From NCBI RefSeq assembly GCF_018420025.1, contig NZ_JAEDAM010000012.1, forward strand, positions 1-18,697: a stretch of 18,697 nt of DNA, written 5' to 3'. The notes beneath the pieces are model-generated. The model did not search any database, was not told the DNA's origin, and was given only the letters and a program-made list of their open reading frames with translations. Below are positions 18,675 through 18,697 of this stretch, in pieces. Position 1 is the first letter of the stretch; the number at the start of each line of letters is the position of its first letter. The position numbers and the translations under genes were made by a program. The stretch comes from Candidatus Vampirococcus lugosii. Lineage in GTDB: Bacteria; Patescibacteriota; Gracilibacteria; Absconditabacterales; Absconditicoccaceae.

Positions 18675-18697
18675 AGTAATATTTAATATCTTAAAAT

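Noticed and set aside
1-18697. Reading TGA as tryptophan (table 4, Mycoplasma-like)
   Set aside because: TGA coincides with invariant glycines (HExGH, LDGG, the GxxGxGK P-loop, RAMP G-rich loops, GGDD), not with aromatic positions. TGG is still used where Trp is plausible.

Overview
This is a very AT-rich window that only reads as coding when TGA is translated as glycine (table 25, known from Absconditabacteria/SR1 and Gracilibacteria). TGA falls on invariant Gly positions: HELGH and LDGG in RseP, the Tmk P-loop, the Cas1 YEG motif, and the Csm3 G-rich loops. That is why the standard ORF track shows only fragments. Retranslated by hand, the window holds a complete type III-A-like CRISPR-Cas locus. 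An eight-gene minus-strand operon (10090 to 41) reads csm5, csm4, membrane-anchored unknown, cas10 (HD and GGDD intact), csm2, an 859-aa secreted thioredoxin/pilin-like protein, csm3, cas6-like. A divergent plus-strand unit encodes a CARF-HEPN Csm6/Csx1-like protein, cas1 and cas2. Next come two tandemly duplicated genes for small TM plus zinc-ribbon proteins, a structured leader, and a 21-repeat/20-spacer array (35-nt repeat, 8-nt tag ATCGAAAC). After the array sit a small hydrophobic ORF with its own promoter and terminator, then housekeeping rseP and tmk. The points most worth follow-up are the scrambled csm gene order with two exported-protein genes embedded inside the effector operon, the spacer content (nine of 20 spacers fall into a few sequence families, and four spacers have about 50% GC), the duplicated TM/zinc-ribbon genes, the repeat-rich leader, and a promoter motif shared by the csm operon and the post-array ORF. 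All calls come from manual translation and motif recognition. No database searches were possible.
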